From: Octopus sinensis
Taxonomy: Eukaryota
NCBI RefSeq assembly: GCF_006345805.1
Contig: NW_021827416.1
Span: 1-11,174 of the forward strand
Length of the DNA stretch: 11,174 bases
Direction: 5' to 3'
Shown: one piece after another, positions 1 to 8,962 of the stretch
Numbering within the stretch: position 1 is the stretch's first letter
Layout: every line of letters starts with the position of its first letter
Notes under the pieces: generated by a model
Database searches by the model: none
The model's input: only the letters and a program-made list of their open reading frames with translations
What the model was told of the DNA's origin: nothing
Translations under genes and position numbers: made by a program

Positions 1-468
1 GAAGGAAGAAAGGAAGAGATAGAGAAAGAGGGAAATGGTAAGAGAGAGAATAAAGAAAGTGATAAAGAGATAGGGTAGACGGAGTGAGAGAGAAAGAGAG
101 AGGAGTGGAGTAGATTGGAAAGAGTGGGATATAGTAAAAGTTGATAGAGATAGACAGACAGTAGAGAGAGTGTAGAAGGGGAAGGGAAAGAAAGAGTCGA
201 CAAAGAGGGGGAGAGAGGGACGAGAGAGTGAGGGAAGGAGAGACAGAAAAGCATGCAAAGGGAGACGGGGAGAGGTGAGAGAGAAGGAGAGAGAAGGATG
301 AGAAGTGGCGATTGAGAGAGGAAGAGTGGTAGGAGTAATGGAAAGAAAGGAAGAAATTGGGAGGTGAGGAGAGAGGAGGAAGAGAGGGGAGAGAGTGAAG
401 CAAAGACAAAGAAAGAGAGAGAGGAATGGGAGGAGGGAATCGGCAGAGAGAGAAAGAGAGAGAGAGAA
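1..468. repeat. Purine-rich (GA/GGA/GAAA) low-complexity tract
   Basis: Almost entirely A/G on the + strand with degenerate GA runs. The 364-570 ORF (E/R-rich) is a by-product. Confidence 0.9.
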
Positions 469-809
469 AGTGTTTGTAATAATCCCTTTAACTTCAAAGT
501 ATTACTGAATTTATCAAACACCTGTTTGACCATCTTAGACTCACCTTGTTCTTTTACCTGTCTTAATTAACATTATCCGTACAGGTACATAGCCTAACAT
601 ATCTCCACCCACACCCTAAACTCCTTCCTCCTTGATTGTTCATGGTTATAAACCCCTTTTTCCCTATTCTTATCCCAATTTAGTCATTTCCTATCTTTAT
701 TCGCTTCTCTTAACAACAAGGTAAAAGCACCGCGAGAAATAGCAGCTAAATCTCCATTGAATAACATGCTACAGTATTTCTTCTTCTTCTTCAGCCCTAG
801 AATTCGTAA

Positions 810-960
810 GGGCCGTCGTTCGATTTCCGGCACGTATAAGTAACTTTTACTTATTGACTTTGCTTTCATCCTTTCAGGGTCGATAAAATGCAAACCGGGG
901 GCGATGAACTCGACTCACCTCACCCACAAAATTTCAGGCCTTGTACCTTTAGTAGAAAGG
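810..960 (+). mobile_element. Diverged tRNA-derived SINE (Meta/MESC-like core) whose 3' end runs into (ATT)n
   Basis: B-box-like GTTCGATTTCC at 818-828. Core TTGACTTTGCTTTCATCCTTTCAGGGTCGATAAAAT from 854 matches the copies at 3251, 8206, 8963 and 9715. The tail CCCACAAAATTTCAGGCCTTGTACCTTTAGTAGAAAGG matches the tail at ~3600-3640. Confidence 0.75.
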
Positions 961-1010
<50 letters not shown>

Positions 1011-1158
1011 CATCATCATCATCATCATTATTATCATCATCATCATCATCATCATTATTATTATTATCATTATTATTATTATATTATTAATATTATATTA
1101 TTACTATTCTCATTATTATTATATCATTATTATCTTATTATTATTATTATTATTATTA

Positions 1159-1190
<32 letters not shown>

Positions 1191-1460
1191 TATTATTATT
1201 ATTATTATTATCATTATTATTATTATTATTATATTATAATATATTATTATTATTATTATTATTATTATCATTATTTTTTTTATATTATCATTATTATTAT
1301 ATTATTATTATTATTATTATTATCATTATTTCATCATTATTATTATTATCATTATTATTATCATTATTATTATATTATTAAATTATTATACTATTATTAT
1401 TATTATATTATTCATATTATTATTATTATATCATTATTATTTTATTATTATTACTATTAT
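961..1460. repeat. (ATT)n/(ATC)n microsatellite, about 500 bp
   Basis: Directly visible imperfect trinucleotide repeat starting exactly at the end of the SINE tail. Confidence 0.97.
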
Positions 1461-1461
1461 A

Positions 1462-1797
1462 GGCGCATGGTCAGTGGTTAGAGCGTCGAGCTTACGATCG
1501 TGAGGTTGTGAGTTCGAATCCCGGACCGGGCTGCGTGTTGTGTTCTTGAGCAAAGCACTTTATTTCACGTGCTCCAGTTCACTCAGCTGTAGAAATGAGT
1601 TGCGACGTCAAGGTGCCAAGCTGTATCGACCTTTGTCTTTCCCTTGGATAACACTGGTGGCGTGGAGAGGGGAGGCCGGTATGGCATGGGCGACTGCTGG
1701 TCTTCATAAAAACAACCTTGCCCAGACTTGTGCCTCAGAGGGTAACTCTCTAGGTGCAAACCCATGGTCACTCATGACCGAAGGGGGTCTTAAAAAA
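1462..1797 (+). mobile_element. Near full-length tRNA-derived SINE with CORE-like domain
   Basis: tRNA-like head GGCGCATGGTCAGTGGTTAGAGCG (A box) and B box GTTCGAATC at 1512-1520. It continues with GTGTTCTTGAGCAAAGCACTTTATTTCACGTGCTCCAGTTCACTCAGCTGTAGAAATGAGT, which resembles the CORE domain (recalled). A unique 3' part ends in A7. Both flanks are (ATT)n. Confidence 0.8.
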
Positions 1798-1950
1798 ATC
1801 ATTATTATCATCATTATTATTATTATCATTATTATTATCATTATTATTATTATTATTATTATTAATATTATTATTATTATTATCATTATTATTGTTGCTG
1901 TGTTTGTTGTTGTTTGTTGTTGTTTGTTGTTGTTTGTTGTTGTTGTTGTT
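1798..1950. repeat. (ATT)n grading into (GTT)n microsatellite
   Basis: Directly visible. Confidence 0.95.
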
Positions 1951-2023
1951 AAGGCGGTGAGCTGGCAGAATCGTTAGCACGCTGCGAGAAATACTTTGCG
2001 ATGTTTCGTCCGAGTTCTGAGTT
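1951..2023 (+). mobile_element. SINE 5' head only (Meta-like family), 3'-truncated
   Basis: AAGGCGGTGAGCTGGCAGAATCGTTAGCACG...GTTCTGAGTT matches the head of the 8963/9715 copies and stops inside the B box. Confidence 0.8.
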
Positions 2024-2055
2024 ATATGTATACTTACATACACACACACACACAT

Positions 2056-2195
2056 ATGACGGGTTTCCATTTACTATTTTCACATAGAAGGTATTAATCA
2101 GGCCCGAGGCTTATAGTAGAAGGCACTTGGCCAAGGTGCCACGCAGTGGGACTGAGCTCAGTACCATATGGATGGGAAGCAAGCTTCTTACGACA
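2056..2195 (-). mobile_element. Fragment of CORE-like SINE (same family as 3934-4246)
   Basis: GGCCCGAGGCTTATAGTAGAAGGCACTTGGCCAAGG (from 2101) matches GGCCCGAGGCTATGGTAGAAAGCACTTGCCCAAG (~4208-4241). The reverse complement contains a B-box-like GAGCTCAGTCCCACTG. Confidence 0.75.
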
Positions 2196-2217
2196 TATAT
2201 TGGTCATTAAGTCATCC

Positions 2218-2340
2218 TCAGTACGTAACTGGTACTTACGTCTATCGTCTCCGGAATACTTAAATGCAAATTTGGCTCCGACTGGATTTGAAATCTCTAC
2301 GCAAATGGTTATAACTAAACAATGCAAGTCATTTTTTGCC
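2218..2340 (-). mobile_element. Old, diverged Meta-like SINE fragment
   Basis: CAGTACGTAACTGGTACTTA...TATCG...ATGCAAATTTGGCTCCGACTGGATTTGAA aligns loosely with the minus-strand copy at 6404-6480. Confidence 0.55.
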
Positions 2341-2575
2341 ATCGATATATGATTCTGCTGGTTCACAGCTTTGGCAAATAGAAACAGTTTTAGTAATAAA
2401 TAGATGGGAAAACATTTTAATGAGAACGCTTAAATTTCGTATCGAATTCGTATTTCGTAATGAAAATTCGTATTGAAAACTGGTATTGGAATCGTAGTTT
2501 GCATCAAAGGAAAGATTTTCTCACGTAAAATGAATATGAATTAGTTTAAACTGCAGCCGATATAAAGAAATATAG

Positions 2576-2577
<2 letters not shown>

Positions 2578-2612
<35 letters not shown>

Positions 2613-2679
2613 AAGAGAGAAAGAGACAGACAGAGACACACAGAAAGTGACAGAGAGAACAGACATACAGATATAGTGT

Positions 2680-2725
<46 letters not shown>

Positions 2726-3010
2726 AAGAAGAATGAAAGAGAAAATAAGCGAGTGGGTGAGTGAGAGTGAGAAGGAAGAAGAACTGACAGGTAGAGGCAG
2801 ATAGAGTCAGAGAAGCAGACAGGAAGGGAAGGGAAGAGAGAAGGAGATGACACAGACAGAGAGGAAGGGAGAGACAGAGATATGTATAGGCGGACAAACA
2901 GAAAAAGAGGGGGAGAGAGAGCGAGTGCGTGAGAGATAGTGAGAAAGAGACAGAGAGCCAAAGACAGAGATAGAGAAAGACAGACCAACAGATAGAGAAA
3001 GAGAGAGAGC
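2578..3010. repeat. (GA)n / GA-rich low-complexity tract with short (TG)n
   Basis: Directly visible. It explains the L/S-rich minus-strand ORFs at 2521-3037. Confidence 0.95.
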
Positions 3011-3250
3011 CATCTTCGTTTCACTTTTAAAATCCATTACTGAAGCAACGTTTGTTGAAATTCTGAAGATGGTGCTTTATTTAAAGAAAGCCATTTTGTT
3101 ATTAGTTTAGTTACAGCAGAATGAGTAAATGCATTATGATATTTGGTCTAATACCATTCTAGTGAAACTGCAAAGCTTTAACATCAAGGAATCTATATTC
3201 AGAAACATGAGAACGACTCCGTAAATGTTAAGATACGATCCATAATTTTC

Positions 3251-3640
3251 TAAGATGGCGAGCTGGCAGAAACGTTAGCACGCCGGGCGAAATGCTTAGC
3301 GGTATTTCGTCCGCCGCTGCGTTCTGAGTTCACATTCCGCCGATGTAGACTTTACCTTTCATCCTTTCGCGGTCGATTAAATAAGTACCAGTTACGCACT
3401 GGTGTCGATGTAATCGACTTATTCCGCTGGTTTGTCCTCTCTGTGTTTAGCCCTTCTGAGTATTAAAGAATTAGGTATTTCATGTGCCGCTACGTTCTGA
3501 GTTTAAAATTTCGCCGGGGTCGACCTTGCTTTTCATCCTTTTGAGGTTGATAAATTAAGTACCAATTGCGTACTGGAGTCGATCTAATAGACTGGCCTCC
3601 TCCACAAAAGTTTCGGGCCATGTGCCTAAAGTAGAAAAGA
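3251..3640 (+). mobile_element. Dimeric Meta-like tRNA SINE (monomer 1 with head, monomer 2 headless with a different tail)
   Basis: Head TAAGATGGCGAGCTGGCAGAAACG, core 1 and tail ...TAAAGAATTA, then GGTATTTCATGTGCCG (3474-3489), a second B box and core, and a tail ending GTAGAAAAGA. Flanked by a 25-bp direct repeat (3150-3174 / 3640-3664). Confidence 0.85.
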
Positions 3641-3837
3641 ATACCATTCTAGTGAGACTGCAAAAAATATTATTATTATAATTTTCTGGATCACTTTCAG
3701 TCTCTGTAAATTTCTCGGTAATACAAAGAAGCGTTTGTTATGGTAATAGAAACTTTTGGCCATCGTTCAAAATTTGAATCTTGTGCTTGAAAAATAAAAC
3801 TCGTAAATCCGGGATCTTCGTAAAGTGAGGTATTACT

Positions 3838-3862
3838 GTATATATATATATATTATATATAT

Positions 3863-3927
<65 letters not shown>

Positions 3928-3933
3928 TATATA
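3838..3933. repeat. (TA)n microsatellite
   Basis: Directly visible. Confidence 0.97.
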
Positions 3934-4246
3934 TTCTTTTTATTTTACTTGTTTCCGTTAATTGACTGCGGCCACGCTGGAGAACCGCCTCTTGTCGAAC
4001 AAATCGACCCCAGGATTTACTCTTTGTAAGTCTAGTACTTATTCTATCGGTCACTTTTGTCGAACCGCTAGATTACGGGGATGTAAACACACCAGCATCA
4101 GTTGTCAAACGATGGTGGGAGGACAGACACAGACACCAACACGCATGTATATAGATATACGACGAGCTTCTTTCAGTTTCCGTCTACCAAATCAACTCAC
4201 TTTGGTCGGCCCGAGGCTATGGTAGAAAGCACTTGCCCAAGTTGGC
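3934..4246 (-). mobile_element. 5'-truncated composite SINE (CORE-like plus Meta-like segments)
   Basis: Read on the minus strand: CORE-like CTTGGGCAAGTGCTTTCTACCATAGCCTCGGGCC, a TA/TG spacer, Meta-like CGATAGAATAAGTACTAG...CTGGGGTCGATTTGTTCGAC, and a tail ending ...AACAAGTAAAATAAAAAGAA. Bounded by (TA)n on both sides. Confidence 0.8.
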
Positions 4247-4259
4247 ATATACATACACA

Positions 4260-4305
<46 letters not shown>

Positions 4306-4306
4306 C
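4247..4306. repeat. (TA)n microsatellite truncating the SINE
   Basis: Directly visible. Confidence 0.95.
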
Positions 4307-4822
4307 GTGATGGTCATCCCCATCAATTTCGACGTATAAGTGTTTGATGGAAAGGATTGAAAATAAGAAATGAATTAGAATAGAAGCTGCATGTAATTGC
4401 ATTGGATGCGGGAATGTATTTTGAGTGCTGCTATGGATTTTGCTAAGAAGTCACAATGAGGACAATGGCGGTTTCGATTTTACCTGGAATTAGACAAATG
4501 TGTCCGTTGACTGCAGGATATAATTCTTTTATTGTCCACTTTCTTCAACACAAATTGTTTAGATGTATCATGACACATTTTACGCCTCTCAGATCGATCT
4601 AGGCTATAATTTATTCAAGATGCTGTGTTATGCTGTGTGTCTGTGTCGTTTGAGGCGCTAGTTCAAAGTGAAATGGTCAAACTGTCTAAAATAATGAACT
4701 CAGAGTTAGACGGGAGAGTATCAAACAAGTTTTCGGCAACTGTGAATTATAACGAAAGAATAAGAGCTTTCAATGCACGATGTGTTGAAGCTGAATGGTT
4801 TAAATTTCACGCCACAACGATC

Positions 4823-4868
4823 TTCAGGCGAGAACATATATATATATATACATATGTTCTCGCCTGAA
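4823..4868. repeat. Perfect 17-bp inverted repeat around a TA-rich loop
   Basis: TTCAGGCGAGAACATAT (4823-4839) and ATATGTTCTCGCCTGAA (4852-4868) are exact reverse complements. Confidence 0.9.
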
Positions 4869-5045
4869 TATGTATATTTGTGTGTGTGTATATATATATA
4901 CGTACACACGAATATACATATATGTGTGTATGATGATTGTGTGTGTGTGTGATGTACTTTTGTACATCACATACAAATGTCGGTGTCAGCGTGCGCGTGA
5001 GAGTGCATACGTCTGAGTGTGTGTGTATGTATGTGTGTGTGTGTT
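4869..5045. repeat. Mixed (TG)n/(TA)n low-complexity tract
   Basis: Directly visible, imperfect. Confidence 0.8.
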
Positions 5046-5335
5046 TGTGCTATCTTATTCAGCGCCGTAGTAAAAAATTCTTCAATCGTAAAATGTTTAA
5101 GATCTTTAACTTTAAACAGTTTTATTAAAAAATGCAAACTAAAAGAAAAGAAAGAAAAAAGAAAATATGGCCACTTCATCACACACAAGATTAAATGTAA
5201 AACTTAATGGATTTCACGTGAATAAAACACTTTTAAAGTTTTAAAGTGGTTACTTAATTTATTCATTGGAAAAAAATTAGCAAAAAAAACGTTTTTAAAT
5301 TCCATTGCAAAAAATTTTGAAATGCAATACTAAAT

Positions 5336-5636
5336 GTATTTATTTATTATTATTATTACTATTATTATTATTATTATTATTTTATTATTACTATATTATT
5401 ATTATTTTATTATTATTATATTATTATTATTATTATTATTATATTACTATTATTATTATTATACTATTATTAATTATTTTATTATTATTATTATTATTAT
5501 TTATTATTATTACTTATTATTATTATTATTATTATTACTATATTATTATTATTATTTTATTATTATTATTATTATTATTATTTATTATTATTATTATTAT
5601 TATTACTACTACTATTATTATTACTATTATTTTATA

Positions 5637-5677
<41 letters not shown>

Positions 5678-5712
5678 TTTATTTTTATTATTATTATTAT
5701 TATTATTACTAC

Positions 5713-5769
<57 letters not shown>

Positions 5770-5786
5770 GTTATTATTGTTGTTGT
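5336..5786. repeat. (ATT)n microsatellite, about 450 bp
   Basis: Directly visible. It explains the poly-Y/I/L ORFs. Confidence 0.97.
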
Positions 5787-6061
5787 TTCCATGCGTCTTC
5801 AATTTGCAGTTGAACGAATTGGCATAAGATTGAAAGCATCACAACTATGAATGTTGCATCTTGTCTTTGTTTTTCGATTTTTTTTAAATATTGGCATAGT
5901 ATATCTAAGACTACAGTATCAAATGTGTGCTTTAATTCTCTTTTTTTTTTCATTTGCTTCTATTTTAAAGCCGAATGGCTTAGGATTCAAGGTGATTTGA
6001 CTGCTGTTTCCAGCAGGTCGTGGAATAAAGTAATAAGAGCTGTCGTTGCGTCATGTATGTA

Positions 6062-6266
6062 TTCATTATCATCATCATCATCATCATCATCATATTGGTC
6101 GTCATCGTCGTCATCAAAATCATCAACATCGTCATCATCACCATCACATTCATCACCAACATCACTACTACCACCGCCACCGCCACCACCATCACCATCA
6201 CCACCACCACCACCTTCATCGCCGTCATTTGTCACACTTGTCCTCACTATCACAATCACCACCACC
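6062..6266. repeat. (CAT)n/(CAC)n compound microsatellite
   Basis: Directly visible. It explains the poly-H/S/P/D/M ORFs. Confidence 0.93.
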
Positions 6267-6530
6267 AAAGTCGACCACGGCGGAATTTTAAACTCAGAAC
6301 GTAACGGCAGACGAAATACCTATTTCTTTACTATCCACAAGGGGCTAAACACAGAGAAGACAAACAAGGATAGACAAAGGGATTAAGTCGATTATATTGA
6401 CCCCAGTGCGTAACTGGTACTTAATTTATCGACGCCGAAAGGATGAAAGGCAAAGTCGGCTTCGACGGAATTTGAACTCAGAACGGCTGCGCATCTCACC
6501 CAGCGTGCTAACGTTTCTGCCAGCTCGCCG
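6267..6530 (-). mobile_element. Dimeric Meta-like SINE with second monomer truncated
   Basis: The reverse complement gives head CGGCGAGCTGGCAGAAACGTTAGCACG (with an internal deletion), core, tail ...AAAGAAATA, junction GGTATTTCGTCTGCCG (6305-6320), and a second B box/core ending at ~6267. Confidence 0.85.
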
Positions 6531-6532
6531 CA

Positions 6533-6930
6533 TTCGTGAAGAACTGGATTCTTCCCGATATGCTTTATTGTCACCGAACTGCCTCACTCATGTGAGTTTC
6601 TCGCCAAAAAACAACATGGTATCGCTTCCACACCCGCCATATTCGCCTGATTTAGCGCTTGCGGACTTCCAACTCTTCACCAAGATGAAAACGCAACCCA
6701 AAGAGTGCCGTTTTAAAACTGTTGTCGAGATCCAGAGCGAATCGCAGAAGGACCTCAGCTCAGTACGGAAAACGACTTCCAAATCGGATTCCAAAGGTGA
6801 CAGGAACGCCGGGACCGGTGTATTGCTGCGCAAGGTGACTATTTCGGAGGATATGATGTTAAAACTTTGATAAATAAGTTATATTTTTTATTAAACATAA
6901 CTGGTTCGGGAATTTTTTGATACCACATCG
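6533..6930 (+). mobile_element. Mariner (Tc1/mariner, DD34D-type) transposon relic: C-terminal transposase pseudogene plus right terminus
   Basis: Translation across frameshifts gives VKNWIL.D...EFLAK.NNMVSLPHPPYSPDLALADFQLF.KMK...RF.TVVEIQSESQK...TENDFQ.GFQR*QER.DRCIAAQGDYF. YSPDL is at 6640-6654 and a W-to-stop change at 6798-6800. It ends ...TTTTTTGATACCACATCG|TA, a mariner-like terminus with TA. Confidence 0.9.
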
Positions 6931-7067
6931 TAAATGGGCATATACGCCTATATTCTTTGTGCATGTACTGTGTATGCACATACATTTGTATAAATATATA
7001 CATGTACACCCTCGCACGAATATACACATGCATATATGCATCGATATATATTAGTGTAAAAGTATTA

Positions 7068-7068
7068 T

Positions 7069-7118
<50 letters not shown>
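7068..7118. repeat. (CA)n microsatellite
   Basis: Directly visible. Confidence 0.97.
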
Positions 7119-7123
<5 letters not shown>

Positions 7124-7297
7124 TGCGAATATATAACAATTTGATTGAAGTGTTAGCCTTGTAGATTGCATTAGAAAGCCCGTCAAAGGGTGTCAGCTAT
7201 CAGACACAATTTAACACCTGTTTGAAACCAAAAAATGGAAAATCGGCTGATTAAGTTCCTAGCTTTACAAATATATAAATAAATCATAATTAAATAG

Positions 7298-7477
7298 TGG
7301 GGTCGATTTGTGCCACCAAAACTGATCAAGGCAATACCCCAGGATACCCGCAGACAGATAACTGATTCAAGACAAAGATATCACGTGGAAAACCGTGGAT
7401 TAAATCTCGTTAATGGATTCTACTCTGAATACATAACTGATATTCCACAACATGGAGATCGTTTTGACTTCAACTAG
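7298..7477 (+). other. Candidate terminal coding exon (59 codons, no Met), product unknown
   Basis: Stop-free frame WGRFVPPKLIKAIPQDTRRQITDSRQRYHVENRGLNLVNGFYSEYITDIPQHGDRFDFN* in non-repetitive sequence, preceded by TAG at 7295-7297. The acceptor has no polypyrimidine tract, and no family is recognised. Confidence 0.2.
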
Positions 7478-7699
7478 TTTTAATTAATTTTTAGTAAAGA
7501 AGCAATGTTGCATTTCTCTGCAGAGACATCACATTGCCATTTTTTTGGTTTGTCGCTGTGTTTTTTGGTGTTATTTATTCTTTACTGTTTGGTTGAAAAT
7601 TTGAAAATTTTTAATCAAGTACGTTTGTTGCTAAAAATGTTTTCATAATTCAGTGTTCACACATTGCTGGAGATGACATCCCTAACCTTGTAGCTATCG

Positions 7700-7815
7700 T
7701 CTCTCTCTTTCTTTCTTTTTCTCTCTCTCTTACTTTCTTTCTTTCTTTCATTCTTTCTTTCTCTCTCGCTCTCTCATATGCACACACACATACATTCACA
7801 CACACTTACACACAT
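7700..7815. repeat. (CT)/(CTTT)/(CA) low-complexity tract
   Basis: Directly visible. Confidence 0.85.
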
Positions 7816-7865
7816 ACTTAGAAAAATCCAACCGGATTGAAAAAATTTGGAGTAAACAATGTGTA

Positions 7866-8158
7866 CGGTTGGACATTTCTTTTCTATCGCTACAATTGTT
7901 TCCACGCAACGTTGTTCTCCAGGTATGTTTTCCTCTGATAAACTCAGTGACTACTACTAAATTCAGGCCACGACAGACAGAAAGAATGTTCTTGAAGCCG
8001 TGAATTTGAACTTACGGAGACAATATTTATATATCACCTGACGAAACACAAATACATCTAATAATGCAGGGAAACGGTTGCATAATCAAATACCTGCATG
8101 CCTGAAGAACTACGTTGCGTGGAAACAATTGTAGTAATAGAAAATAAATGTCCAACCG
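7866..8158. mobile_element. MITE / non-autonomous DNA transposon with ~62-65-bp terminal inverted repeats, probably Tc1/mariner superfamily
   Basis: 7863-7927 and 8097-8161 are reverse complements with 7 mismatches over 65 bp. The left flank is TA (7864-7865) and the right flank CA (8159-8160, possibly a mutated TA). No internal ORF. Confidence 0.8.
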
Positions 8159-8205
8159 CACTCGTTCTTGTTGGCTCCAAATGTCTTCAATTATCTATTC
8201 ACGCA

Positions 8206-8440
8206 TAAGGCGGCAAGCTGTCAGAAACATTAGCACGCCAGGCGAAATGCGTAGCCGAATTTCGTCTGCATTTACGTTCTGAGTTCAAATTCCGCCGAGG
8301 TCGACTTTGCCTTTCATCCTTTCGGGGTCGACAAATTAAGTACCAGTTACGCACTGGGGTCGATGTAATCGACTTAATCCGTTTCTCTGTCCTTGTTTGT
8401 CCCTCTGTGTGTAGCCCCTTGTTGGTAGTAAAAAAAACCC
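8206..8440 (+). mobile_element. Full-length monomeric Meta-like SINE (S1) with target-site duplication
   Basis: A box, B box GAGTTCAAATT, core and an A8 tail. TSD is ATCTATTCACGCA (8193-8205) / ATCTATTCACACA (8441-8453). Confidence 0.9.
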
Positions 8441-8776
8441 ATCTATTCACACACGAGAGATGGCCAAGCGTAAACCTGGAAATATGTATAATGATACTAC
8501 TTGTTAGCACAGGGTGACATCTGAAGGTGGACGAGCTTTTTACTGTACCCTACTGCGCTCTTAACATAATATACCACAACTATATAAACACATACACACA
8601 CACACTCACTCACTCACACACACACACACGCACATGTATATGGTTGATATATTTCTGCATAACTATGTTCCAATGAGTGCCTATCAAAAACATTTCCATC
8701 GACGAACATCTGGTGCACGGGCCCAACACGCTCCTACGAAACCCATCTGCTCAACGAACGACTAAGCAAATATAAA

Positions 8777-8915
8777 ATGTTTTATTTCATATATTGTCTG
8801 CTCCAACTCACTTTACTTGTATTACATCATCCATCATATGCTATTTGTTTCTGTACATTCGACGGTTTCAAATTTATGAAATATTGTAACTGCACAAAAC
8901 ATGCTGTAGTCCTTG
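8777..8915 (+). CDS. Candidate first coding exon: signal-peptide-like leader plus CxC-x10-CxC segment (partial CDS, phase-1 donor)
   Basis: AAAATG start context. Translation MFYFIYCLLQLTLLVLHHPSYA-ICFCTFDGFKFMKYCNCTKHAVVL, then G|GTAAGT consensus donor at 8916. No homolog recognised. Confidence 0.45.
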
Positions 8916-8962
8916 GTAAGTTGATTTACTTTCTGAGAGAAAAGCGGTATCTCATTCTGCCG

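Noticed and set aside
1462-1530. Possible tRNA gene
   Set aside because: A and B boxes are present, but the acceptor and anticodon stems do not pair properly and the sequence continues into a SINE body.
888-1977. Long poly-Tyr/Ile/His/Asn ORFs
   Set aside because: They are translations of (ATT)n/(ATC)n/(GTT)n microsatellites and SINE sequence, which lack stops in some frames.
2521-3037. Leu/Ser-rich membrane-like and Glu/Arg-rich ORFs
   Set aside because: They are translations of the GA/CT low-complexity tract.
4625-4867. 80-aa ORF MLCCVSVSFEAL...
   Set aside because: No recognisable motif or convincing splice sites, and it ends in (TA)n. It cannot be supported without a search.
5985-6025. 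Motif GATTTGACTGCTGTTTCCAGCAGG resembling the reverse complement of ~730-755
   Set aside because: Possibly two remnants of another interspersed repeat, but the match is too short and diverged to delimit.
5305-6386. Poly-Tyr/Leu, His-rich and Pro/Ser-rich ORFs
   Set aside because: They derive from (ATT)n and (CAT/CAC)n repeats.
6397-6870. 157-aa ORF as an intact transposase or SINE-mariner fusion protein
   Set aside because: It starts in antisense SINE sequence, is in the transposase frame only briefly, and shifts out of frame before the C-terminus.
7511-7553. Strong-looking acceptor (TTTCTCTGCAG) and a possible 24-nt microexon
   Set aside because: The donor GTTTGT is weak and there is no other support. 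Such motifs are common in T-rich DNA.
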